From contig CAITMK010000011.1 in assembly GCA_903893485.1 (NCBI GenBank), forward strand, positions 6,636-70,635: DNA of 64,000 nt, given 5' to 3'. This document shows positions 46,792 through 55,678 of this stretch, in pieces. The position numbers and the translations under genes were made by a program. Source of the DNA: Candidatus Magasanikiibacteriota bacterium. Its GTDB lineage: Bacteria > Patescibacteriota > Patescibacteriia > Magasanikbacterales > 2-02-FULL-50-9b. The notes beneath the pieces are model-generated. The model ran no database searches. It was not told where the DNA came from and saw only the letters and a program-made list of their open reading frames with translations. Every line of letters begins with the position of its first letter. The stretch's first letter is position 1.

Positions 46792-46876
46792 ATTTCGTAT
46801 TTACGACATTCTTATTGACCTGACTGACCTTACGTGGTAACCTTGGCACGGATTTACGATTGCCTCAGGAGGGCAA

Positions 46877-47392
46877 ATGAGCACACTTGAAAGCGTCATG
46901 GAATTGCTGAGCAGGCATACCTTCAGTGTTGAGCACAACCCGAATTGTCCATCACCATACCTCGTTCGTCTGGTGGGCTTTCAGCGGGGTGGGCTGGACA
47001 AATTTGAGCCCAACGCAACTAATGACTACATGGGCTACGGCAAGACTCTCGTCGAGGCGGCGGATGCAGCATTTAGCGCAAAGACGGCATTCGATACATT
47101 CGTCGCAAATTCACGCTGCCCGGTTTGTACGGAAAAGCCAAAGCGACTTTGGTTTGAGGGTCGGGTGCGCAAGGTCTGCAAAAAATGTCAGGCCGCACAG
47201 CCTGACCTCACGGTCGCGCATCACAATTTCTCGTGCAAGAGCTGCGGTAACTGGTACTTGTATCACGATAGCACGCTGTATTGGTACGGGTTATATCACG
47301 ATGGCGTGGTGTCCAAGGGCGCTGATCGGCGTCCGCCAGGCATGAAATCAGTTGCCGAACTGACCTCGCCGCTGAGGCATTTTCTTCCATGA
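46877..47392 (+). CDS. Hypothetical zinc-ribbon protein (GC-rich cassette)
   Basis: CPVC...CKKC and CKSC Cys pairs; SD AGGAGGG; upstream TTGACC-17-TAACCT; downstream terminator. Confidence 0.4.
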   Translation: MSTLESVMELLSRHTFSVEHNPNCPSPYLVRLVGFQRGGLDKFEPNATNDYMGYGKTLVEAADAAFSAKTAFDTFVANSRCPVCTEKPKRLWFEGRVRKVCKKCQAAQPDLTVAHHNFSCKSCGNWYLYHDSTLYWYGLYHDGVVSKGADRRPPGMKSVAELTSPLRHFLP

Positions 47393-47527
47393 GCGCAACA
47401 CACCCAATTCTTTATCGCACAACAAGCGATCAGAAGCGGGTGTTTTTTTAAATAAAAAAATCCACCAGGAATCGCTTGGCACTGGAAAGTGCGTCGCGAT
47501 TCAAGGTGGGGAAAACAGGCAATCGAG

Positions 47528-47911
47528 TTACGCGGGCTGTTGCGTGCCGCGGCGGCGTTTGAGCTCTTCGTTGGCCGTGTGGAAATCCGCGCGTACATAC
47601 TCCATGTACGTGTGCGCTGGCGCTCCCGTAACGGTCGGGGTGAAGTCTTGACCCGTAATGAGACGCAGCATGTGGACCGTTGCAAAAAACGCACCGCCCT
47701 CTTCATCGGCCGGGCAGTAGAAGCCCAAATGATGAGTGCTATTGCGGCTAAAGTCCACAACAGTCTCGTTGAAGCTAAGGCCATCGGGTGCGAGCTCGAA
47801 GATGTGCAGTCCGATCATCGTGCCGGACATGAGACCGACGGCGTTGACACGCGCCAGCGATTCCAGCGTTGCGGGGATGATCTTTTTCTTTTCTGGGGTG
47901 TGAATGGTCAC
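47528..47911 (-). CDS. Hypothetical protein (GC-rich cassette; GTG start)
   Basis: 127 aa; minus-strand promoter TTGACT-17-TAGTTT and SD AAGAGG before the GTG; convergent with the ORF at 46877. Confidence 0.35.
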   Translation of the reverse strand: MTIHTPEKKKIIPATLESLARVNAVGLMSGTMIGLHIFELAPDGLSFNETVVDFSRNSTHHLGFYCPADEEGGAFFATVHMLRLITGQDFTPTVTGAPAHTYMEYVRADFHTANEELKRRRGTQQPA

Positions 47912-48138
47912 GGGGAGCCTCTTTTGGTAGCGGTTTTTTGCTACATATGAGCAAACTATCACGAACTGCGTAAAAAGTCAAGATTGTAAAGCAAATTCAA
48001 ACTGATATTTTTTTGTGATTTGAGAAACAAAAAAAGTTTGCAGACTCATTGGTTTTTTCTTCCTGAGAGACTGAACCCGCTGACAGCGAACGCGCGCCAA
48101 GAGCGCGCATCGTGAGCCTGTCTCTCGGGGAGGAAAAA

Positions 48139-48573
48139 CTAATGAGTCACTTCGACAAATCTTTTTTCATTTTCTTCTCCAAATCGCAAAAACAAAATAT
48201 CTTTTCCTTCCAAAATTTCCGCAACATTTTCTGGCCACTCAAGCAGCGTTACCGCAGCTGGATCATCTAAAAAATCTTCCGCGCCAGCAGCGCGAAGTTC
48301 TGCGGCGTTATCGACTCGATATGCATCGATGTGGACAAGTCGGTGAACGCCATTTATTACGGCAGGGAGTTCATATACAGCCATCACGGTAAAAGTAGGC
48401 GATGTCATTTCGCCCACAACACCCAAAGCCGCGCCAAAAAATTTTGAAAACGTTGTTTTGCCCGCGCCAACAGGGCCGGACAGGGCAATCAGCAGGCCGC
48501 CGGTAACCCCCGTTGCCAATTTTTTTGCAAGCGCTTCGGTATCTTGTAAATTGTGTAATTCAATTCGTTCCAT
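48139..48573 (-). CDS. tsaE: tRNA threonylcarbamoyladenosine biosynthesis ATPase TsaE
   Basis: LSGPVGAGKTTFSKFF P-loop, about 145 aa, typical YjeE/TsaE. Confidence 0.7.
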   Translation of the reverse strand: MERIELHNLQDTEALAKKLATGVTGGLLIALSGPVGAGKTTFSKFFGAALGVVGEMTSPTFTVMAVYELPAVINGVHRLVHIDAYRVDNAAELRAAGAEDFLDDPAAVTLLEWPENVAEILEGKDILFLRFGEENEKRFVEVTH

Positions 48574-48605
48574 AGCTGTGCACATTCTACCAGAGAGCGC
48601 GCCAT

Positions 48606-49064
48606 TTGTGCTATACTACCAATGCTTGTATGTGGACATCACTTCTTTTACACAGTGCCGCCGCATTGGTGCTGATCATTGCCGCAACACAACTCATTGA
48701 TTGGGTTTTTTCTGGCACCAAACTGATGCATAAATATTACGCCGCACACGCCGAGGTGTGGCGCCCTATGCAGGCAGATACGGGTGCAAATGCTCGTGTG
48801 GTGTGGGTAAGTTTAGCCGGCTCATTTCTTTTTGCAATCGCATTTTTGATTTTTTATATTGTTTTGCAACCAGGCGTTATTTTTGGCACTGGTGCCACTC
48901 GCGCCATTATTGTTGCAATTGTTACGTGGGCAGCAACGGCGCTGCCACTTTTGTTGGTTCAGCATGTATTTATTAAATTCCATCGTGCGGTAACCGCGGC
49001 ATTTATTTTTGGATGGCTTTTCAAATTAATGGCCGCGGCGCTCATTATTACGTATCTAATCTAA
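48606..49064 (+). CDS. Hypothetical membrane protein
   Basis: 152 aa with four TM helices; upstream of the giant ORF. Confidence 0.4.
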   Translation: MCYTTNACMWTSLLLHSAAALVLIIAATQLIDWVFSGTKLMHKYYAAHAEVWRPMQADTGANARVVWVSLAGSFLFAIAFLIFYIVLQPGVIFGTGATRAIIVAIVTWAATALPLLLVQHVFIKFHRAVTAAFIFGWLFKLMAAALIITYLI

Positions 49065-49065
49065 T

Positions 49066-49383
49066 ATGCAAGATCTTTCTTCCGCAAATATTTTTTCACT
49101 TTTGGGCCTTGGCGGTGCGCCAGCCGGCGTTAAACAAATGCTTGCCGGCCGCATGATTACACTTTTGGAAAAACGGGTGCTCATACGGGTGCTTGATATT
49201 TTGCCACCAGCGCACCAAGAAGTTTTATTGAGCTTGCTCGACAGCGGATCCGAAGAGGATCGAACGTTATTTTTGCAGCAACATGTGCCGCTCATTCAAA
49301 AAATAATTGAGGACGAAGTCACTAAGTTAAAACATGAGTCACAGCAATTTGGTAATCGCTTTGCAGCTGCGGGCGCGGTTTAA
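49066..49383 (+). CDS. Hypothetical protein
   Basis: 105 aa; start 2 nt after the previous stop; no recognised domain. Confidence 0.35.
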   Translation: MQDLSSANIFSLLGLGGAPAGVKQMLAGRMITLLEKRVLIRVLDILPPAHQEVLLSLLDSGSEEDRTLFLQQHVPLIQKIIEDEVTKLKHESQQFGNRFAAAGAV

Positions 49384-49392
49384 TAATTTTGT

Positions 49393-52300
49393 ATGGCAGA
49401 ACCAACGGATTTGTATTCAGGAGAACATCAGGAAATTGTTGATGCGTTATACACCAGTTATCTTGCAAACTGGGTAGACGTTGTGTTTGCTGGCCCCACA
49501 GAAATTTTTTCAGTAGATGGAAATGCAAATGCAACTTTTTTAATAAGTCTTGATCCAGACGCAAGTGATGATGCAAATACTGCAGCCGCAAAATTAAAAG
49601 CGAAGGAGCTAATTAGTTCCGGCAATTTTGATAAAATTGGTGATATTTATATTAGTCGAGCGGCTAACGAAATTGCGACACGATTAATTGCTAGTTCTGC
49701 GGAAAGCAAAAAAGGTAAAAAACTTTTGAAAGAAATTGAGCGAATTGGGTCACTGTCACGAGTGCAGGATGAAATTAGCGAAGCGTTAAAAGAAAAAAAA
49801 TATTCATTTAAAGCGTACTTGAATAATGGTGCAAATATTGAAGCGCTTGATGCATTAAAAAAACATCTTGAGGATAAAAAAAATAAGACTGAATCTGAAA
49901 AATATTTGCTTGCACAAATTGAAAAACAAATTGCAGAGCCAGTATCCCATGATGATCGGGTTCATGCAGGTTTGGTGGAATTTAAAGCGCCAGAGCCAGC
50001 GCCAAAACCAGAAATTCAAAAAATAATTCCACGACAAGTAAAGCCGGAAGAACGTGAAAAAAAAGATCGTACCACAGGTATGCCTGAATGGCATGCAAAA
50101 CCAGTTGCAGGCGCGCTCATGCCGGTTAAAATGATTGTAAATAGTGCGCGCCGTGCGCGTTATGAGGCAGTGTATGTGTCAGCAAATCCGGATGCGCCAC
50201 GCATTCCAATTACGCTCAAGGTTCAGCAGCAGATGAGTTACATGCCACCTGGTGCGCAGACAATTTTGGTGCGCTTGGGTGAACCTCAGCCAATGAAAAA
50301 TACGGCGGGCAAAGTTGATCGCTACGAAATTATTGCCACGCCAGAAATTCCAAAAATAGAGAGCGGTGCGTATATTAAGCCTGTGGATTTTCAACATGTT
50401 GGCGGTGAGGCATTTTATGTTTTGCCCGACGGCTCGCGCATGTATATTTCTCCAAAGGATCGCCTCATGCTGAATGCTAAAACCGGTTATTTGGTTGATG
50501 CAAAAGGTGAAGATACTGGTATTCCACCACTGGTAAAAATCGAAAAACATGTTCGTGAAAACACCTTTATTGGTTTTGTTGAACCGCTCGTCCGCGCTCG
50601 CAATCGTATTCAAATGGAAGGCGTCATGCGCCAGTATATTTTTGGAAGTCGTGCGCAGCGCAACTTGAGCCCCGATGATCGTGAATTTGTTGAACAAGTC
50701 GAGCGTCTTGGTTTGTTGGTTGGTAATAAACAAGTGCCCGTTGAAATCGGACGCAGACTTCGTTTGATTTTAGAAAAGGAAACAAAAAAAGAACCACAGT
50801 ATGTGGTGGTAACAGCGCGTACCACGGTGCTCCGCAAAGGTTTTCGTGAATTTGATGGATGGCTTACAAAATTTGGTAAAAAATATCCAGCTGCAAAATC
50901 AATGACCGATGAACTTTCGGCTGCCGCGGCAATTGCAAAAGATGAAATGAACGCCATGGCGCTCAAAGTGAGTAATAATGAAACCATTAGTGAGGAAGAA
51001 AAAGCGGAATATTCTGCACGCTATTCTGATTTTTTTATTAAACTATACGAGTTTGAACAATCGCCGCTGAGCCGTCCAAATGGTGGTGTGCGTCGTTTAC
51101 GCGAACGCTTTTTTACCTCTGACCTTGATGGTGAATCCGCAAATGTTATTTTAAATAAAGCTGGCATTCGCACGCTCGTTGTGCCGCAAGTACCAAATAT
51201 TATTCCTGAGGGCGAACAGAATATTGATGGTGCGGTATATTTGGACGCATCGCATTCGCTTGGTACCAAAATTCGACAAAACGGTGATAAACTTGAAATA
51301 TTTTTGGATGAAGATAATGTAAAAACTTTTTCAGCGACTCACGCAACGCTTCGTCACACTGAAAAATTGGGGCTGTTGACCAAAAAGGGTGCAGACATTG
51401 GCGAGATGCAATATTTTATCGAAATGGTAAATGCGATCGATGGATTCAAAGGGCCGTACGAAGATCCAAAACGAATCAAAGCGATTTACCAAAGTTACGA
51501 TACAAATATTTACGGCATTTCGCAGGAGCTCGCTAAAATGGGCCGTCCTGATTTAGTGTTTTGGTTTTTTGAAAAAGCCGGGCAAAAAATTGTGCGAAGA
51601 GCGCAAGAGCTTTCGCGCGCCGAAGGCGCACGCCGAAAACCAGCCGAATATGTTTTAGATGTTCTCATAAATTTTAACGCCGCAGAGGTTTTTGAAAATA
51701 AAAAACCGCCGCTCAAGATAATTGAAGCGGTTAAAAAAGCAATTCAAAAAAATAAGGCAAATACTGAAAAAGGTTTTGCAACGCTTGAAAATTCAAAAAA
51801 TAGTTTTGTCATACAAACTGATTTTGGACGCACGCTGGTTGATATTGCGCAGCCAATGGAAATTGATGATCAAGAAACCGGGCTGAAAAAAACGCTTTGG
51901 CTTGGTCGTATTAAAATGTCGGGGTTAGCTGCATTTGCCCATGGATATGATGCATATGTTGCATACAACCCCGATGGAAAAGTTGGCATGGTAAATATTC
52001 GCCCAGGCTTAAAAACAAAAAGTGGCAAGCCAAACGTGTTGCCCGTGGACATGGCCATGGATGAAAATGGATTACCAAAAGGTGATTGGATTAAAGACGG
52101 CCGCATGTACGTCATGAATGACACGAGCACCAAACTGAGTGGCTTGCACGAATTTTTGGATTCCATGTGTCGTACGGTGCCAAAGAATTTTACGCCAGGC
52201 ATTGAACGTCAAATAAAATTGGATGCGGGCATGGATGTTTCTGCTCCACCACCTCCACCTGATCGTTCGAAATTAACTCCAAAGCAATTAGATATTCAGC

Positions 52301-54882
52301 GAAATATCTTATCGAAGAAATTGGAAAATCTTAAACAGCATCCTGAATTAATTTCCGAGATTGATGCGGGTTTTGTCATTGCCGCCGAAGAGGGCGTGCT
52401 TCGTGAGTTCACAAAGTTATATTATGATGATGAAGAGCAACGATCAGCATCAGATTTTATCATTTTAGAGTGGTGGAAAAATTTACACGCAGATACTCGC
52501 AAGAAAATTTTGATGAAAGCTGAGGCAATCCGTACGCAAGTCATGAAAGCGCACGATCTTCGTCGTAAAAATGAAGTCGAGCTTAGCAACATGTCGCGTA
52601 TATTGGCGCGATTGCGTTATGACGAACGTGTGGCGCTCTATCGAGCTGCTCGTGCCGGTGCCGAAATTCCCGTTCCATTTAATGCTTTTTCTGCTCATGG
52701 CCCAACGCCAGAGCAAAAGGCGCAGTGGCAAAAGTTTGTAATTAAAGAATGGTATGGAACTTTAACGCATCAGCAGCATGTCTATTTCAAAGAACGCGCT
52801 GATTTGCCGGGCATTTTGCGTGAACGCGCGGAAAAAACGCGCCTTGAGCTTGCCCGCATTGACAGCGAACTAAGGGAGTTTTCATCAACGGGAAGCCGAT
52901 TTAAAGCAGTATTTACGTCGCAAGATGAAGCGGATAGAAAAAAGTTACAATTCGAAAAGCTTCAGGCTGAGCGAAAGATTGCAGTATTAGAATATCGCGT
53001 AGCACAAGAAGAAATTTGGGTGCAGGATCAGACGCAAGAGGCAGATAAATTAATCGACGAGATTTTGGTAAAATTTGAAAAGAATGCGTCAGGTTTATCA
53101 ACGCGACTTTTTGGTAATACGAATATTGCGTGGAATGTTGGTGCGCAGACAATTTCAGGGGAGGCGATATATGGTTTAATTAATGGTACCCCAGATATAA
53201 CGGGCGCACTCAGAACATCGCCATTTTTATTGGGTGAATCAGTAGCAGCAATTACGTTAAAACGACGCGAACCCGCTGAGCTTACTGGCGAGCGCATGCC
53301 ACAAACGCCACTTGAACAGTGTATTTTTTTGCAGCGAAAAATTTCGGAAATATACGGTGCTGAAACGATAAAATATGGTTCAATTACTGCAGCCATCGAA
53401 CACGATCCGCTCAAAAAATTATATAGTCAATACAAAGAATCTCTTGACCATTCAGTTTCCGACAAAATGTATTTTTTGAAGGATATTTTTGCGCGTCAGG
53501 ACAAAATGTTTCAAGCTTTTGTCGCAGTAAATACTTTTGGAAACTCTTTTGATGGTCTTTCGAAGTCTGTTGCGGGTGCTAACGAGCGATATGCGGGCTA
53601 TAAAGCAAAAGGAAAATTAAAAGGCGCCCTTTTGAATATGCACGAAGGCCTTGCAAAGTTTGATGTTGCGGTTCAGGAATATCAGCAGGCACTTAATGAA
53701 TTGCCTCATTTAGTAGATAAAAAATTCATCGATCTTGTCCAGGAAAAAATTAAAACAAGATTTGAATTGTCAAAGAAAATAGGCGATGCTTGGGTTACCA
53801 ATCGTCAAGCAGAAATTCCAGCACTTTTAGATCAAAGTAAATACGATGACGATGCGACTGTTGCTCAAGCAGTTATTCGAACTGAAGTGGTGCGGCACGT
53901 TGTCCGGGCAGCAGCAAATGTAGATGAAGCTGTAGCACGTGCCGATGAAGAATTGGCCACCCGTGGTGTGCGTACATTTGATACCGGTTTTACAACGCCA
54001 GAACAAAAAGGTTTTTTTGGTCGCGTTTTTGAAGGCGTTGGTATTCCGTCGGAAGAACGCCGTTTATGGGGCCCAACGCTTAAAACTGGTGGCGCATCCC
54101 TGCGTGAAATTGCAGGCAAGAAAAATGAGCATATCGTGCAGCCATTTGAATCGCCATTTGATGTAGTTGAACAATTGATGCAAGCAGTGCATCCCGAAAT
54201 TGGCCCTGCAATGATCACTCGTTTGACGCAGCGATTTATGACAAAGGGTGAAGTGAAAGATTCTGCTGGGCAATTTTCAGGTGCGTTTATGCATAATGGC
54301 CAGTATCTCGGCACCTTGCACGCTGGTGATCGCGTTATTGCATGGCATTCCGAAAACGCAGCCATGGCGGAAATGCGTATCGAAATTAAGCGCGCTCCAG
54401 TAGTGGCGCATACCATCAAAGAAGTATCCGGCTATCCATTTTTTGCCGATGATGGAACGCTTGAATTTTTCTATGAACCTGCACAAAATAATAGCGTTGA
54501 TGTGTGGGAACGTGGATCAAGAGGCGTGCTGCGTAAAAAAGGATCCTTTGATTCCGCAAACAGATTTCAACCTTACGCCGAGAGACTTTGGAAATTTACG
54601 AATAACCAAGGTGCCTTGGATACGGTTGGCGAATCAGATTATTATGTTTGGTTTAGCCCCAATGGCGACGTGATTGATAACGAAAGAAACGAAAAGATTG
54701 GAAAAACAGAAGCGTTTGGAAGATATTTATTTGTAATTCCCGACACCGGCGTTCAAAGAAAAATAGACACTACAACGGGTAAATTTTTCATCGACACGGC
54801 GGGCATCGTTTGGCAATCAGATAAACTGATTGGCGATCAGCCGCTCGGCGCACTTATCGCGCATCTGAACACGCTGCCGTAG
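49393..54882 (+). CDS. Giant hypothetical protein (1829 aa)
   Basis: Uninterrupted 5.5 kb ORF with no signal peptide or TM, Lys/Glu-rich probable coiled-coil stretches, a PPPPPD segment; no catalytic motif recognised. Confidence 0.6.
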   Translation: MAEPTDLYSGEHQEIVDALYTSYLANWVDVVFAGPTEIFSVDGNANATFLISLDPDASDDANTAAAKLKAKELISSGNFDKIGDIYISRAANEIATRLIASSAESKKGKKLLKEIERIGSLSRVQDEISEALKEKKYSFKAYLNNGANIEALDALKKHLEDKKNKTESEKYLLAQIEKQIAEPVSHDDRVHAGLVEFKAPEPAPKPEIQKIIPRQVKPEEREKKDRTTGMPEWHAKPVAGALMPVKMIVNSARRARYEAVYVSANPDAPRIPITLKVQQQMSYMPPGAQTILVRLGEPQPMKNTAGKVDRYEIIATPEIPKIESGAYIKPVDFQHVGGEAFYVLPDGSRMYISPKDRLMLNAKTGYLVDAKGEDTGIPPLVKIEKHVRENTFIGFVEPLVRARNRIQMEGVMRQYIFGSRAQRNLSPDDREFVEQVERLGLLVGNKQVPVEIGRRLRLILEKETKKEPQYVVVTARTTVLRKGFREFDGWLTKFGKKYPAAKSMTDELSAAAAIAKDEMNAMALKVSNNETISEEEKAEYSARYSDFFIKLYEFEQSPLSRPNGGVRRLRERFFTSDLDGESANVILNKAGIRTLVVPQVPNIIPEGEQNIDGAVYLDASHSLGTKIRQNGDKLEIFLDEDNVKTFSATHATLRHTEKLGLLTKKGADIGEMQYFIEMVNAIDGFKGPYEDPKRIKAIYQSYDTNIYGISQELAKMGRPDLVFWFFEKAGQKIVRRAQELSRAEGARRKPAEYVLDVLINFNAAEVFENKKPPLKIIEAVKKAIQKNKANTEKGFATLENSKNSFVIQTDFGRTLVDIAQPMEIDDQETGLKKTLWLGRIKMSGLAAFAHGYDAYVAYNPDGKVGMVNIRPGLKTKSGKPNVLPVDMAMDENGLPKGDWIKDGRMYVMNDTSTKLSGLHEFLDSMCRTVPKNFTPGIERQIKLDAGMDVSAPPPPPDRSKLTPKQLDIQRNILSKKLENLKQHPELISEIDAGFVIAAEEGVLREFTKLYYDDEEQRSASDFIILEWWKNLHADTRKKILMKAEAIRTQVMKAHDLRRKNEVELSNMSRILARLRYDERVALYRAARAGAEIPVPFNAFSAHGPTPEQKAQWQKFVIKEWYGTLTHQQHVYFKERADLPGILRERAEKTRLELARIDSELREFSSTGSRFKAVFTSQDEADRKKLQFEKLQAERKIAVLEYRVAQEEIWVQDQTQEADKLIDEILVKFEKNASGLSTRLFGNTNIAWNVGAQTISGEAIYGLINGTPDITGALRTSPFLLGESVAAITLKRREPAELTGERMPQTPLEQCIFLQRKISEIYGAETIKYGSITAAIEHDPLKKLYSQYKESLDHSVSDKMYFLKDIFARQDKMFQAFVAVNTFGNSFDGLSKSVAGANERYAGYKAKGKLKGALLNMHEGLAKFDVAVQEYQQALNELPHLVDKKFIDLVQEKIKTRFELSKKIGDAWVTNRQAEIPALLDQSKYDDDATVAQAVIRTEVVRHVVRAAANVDEAVARADEELATRGVRTFDTGFTTPEQKGFFGRVFEGVGIPSEERRLWGPTLKTGGASLREIAGKKNEHIVQPFESPFDVVEQLMQAVHPEIGPAMITRLTQRFMTKGEVKDSAGQFSGAFMHNGQYLGTLHAGDRVIAWHSENAAMAEMRIEIKRAPVVAHTIKEVSGYPFFADDGTLEFFYEPAQNNSVDVWERGSRGVLRKKGSFDSANRFQPYAERLWKFTNNQGALDTVGESDYYVWFSPNGDVIDNERNEKIGKTEAFGRYLFVIPDTGVQRKIDTTTGKFFIDTAGIVWQSDKLIGDQPLGALIAHLNTLP

Positions 54883-55678
54883 CGCGCATGGCGCAGGCAA
54901 TCGTAACCGGTCCAACGCCGCCGGGCGTTGGGGTAATCCAGTTTGCAAGCGGTTCAACTTCTTCAAAATTTACATCGCCAACCACACGGCCAGTTGGCAG
55001 GCGATTAATACCAATATCAATTACCGTGGCGCCTGGTTTTATATGCGCTGCGGTAATTAAGTTTGCGTGGCCAACCGCAACAACTAAAACATCAGCTGCG
55101 CCCGTTAGTTCGGGCGTTATATCTTCGGGCTTAACAAAAGTTGTTTGCAATCTTTTTTTTTCGAGCAAATGCGTAAGTGGCGCCAAAAAAACATCGGATT
55201 TGCCAATGATGAGTGCATTTTTACCGCTAAAATTCTGTGTGGTTTCGACCAGCAAAAATTCTATTGCTTCAAGCAAAACGGGCGTGCGGGCACCAGGCAC
55301 ATCTGCAATAAAATCCGCAATATTTTTTGGATGAAATCCGTCAACATCTTTGGCCGGGTCCATAGCTGCAATCACCGCATCGGTATCGATGCCCGCGGGC
55401 AACGGCAATTGAATCAAAATACCGTCGACATCGGCGCGCACATTTAAATTTTGTACCAGCGTAATCAGTGATTCGGTGGTTGCGGTTTCTTCGGCGTGCA
55501 GTTCAAAATCAATGCCAACGCGCGCGGCCGCGGCTGCTTTTCGCGCGTCATACATTTTACTTGCAGGATCGTTGCCAATTAAAACAACAACTAATTTTGG
55601 TTTTTTACCGCTTGCTACAATGCGCTGCGCCAATTCTGTTTCAAGTTTTGTTGCCAATGCGGTTCCGGATAAGATCAT
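54854..55678 (-). CDS. folD: Bifunctional methylenetetrahydrofolate dehydrogenase/cyclohydrolase
   Basis: ILSGTALATKLETEL...PKLVVVLIGNDPASKMY N-terminus; NAD(P) domain GKNALIIGKSDV; C-terminal PGGVGPVT. Confidence 0.85.
   Translation of the reverse strand: MILSGTALATKLETELAQRIVASGKKPKLVVVLIGNDPASKMYDARKAAAAARVGIDFELHAEETATTESLITLVQNLNVRADVDGILIQLPLPAGIDTDAVIAAMDPAKDVDGFHPKNIADFIADVPGARTPVLLEAIEFLLVETTQNFSGKNALIIGKSDVFLAPLTHLLEKKRLQTTFVKPEDITPELTGAADVLVVAVGHANLITAAHIKPGATVIDIGINRLPTGRVVGDVNFEEVEPLANWITPTPGGVGPVTIACAMRATAACSDAR

Noticed and set aside
47489-47950. Plus-strand 153-aa ORF overlapping the minus-strand gene 47528–47911
   Set aside because: Its translation is Arg-rich and low-complexity, with no SD. 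The minus-strand frame has a promoter (TTGACT-17-TAGTTT), an SD (AAGAGG) and a GTG start, and gives a more protein-like sequence. Only the minus-strand gene was kept.
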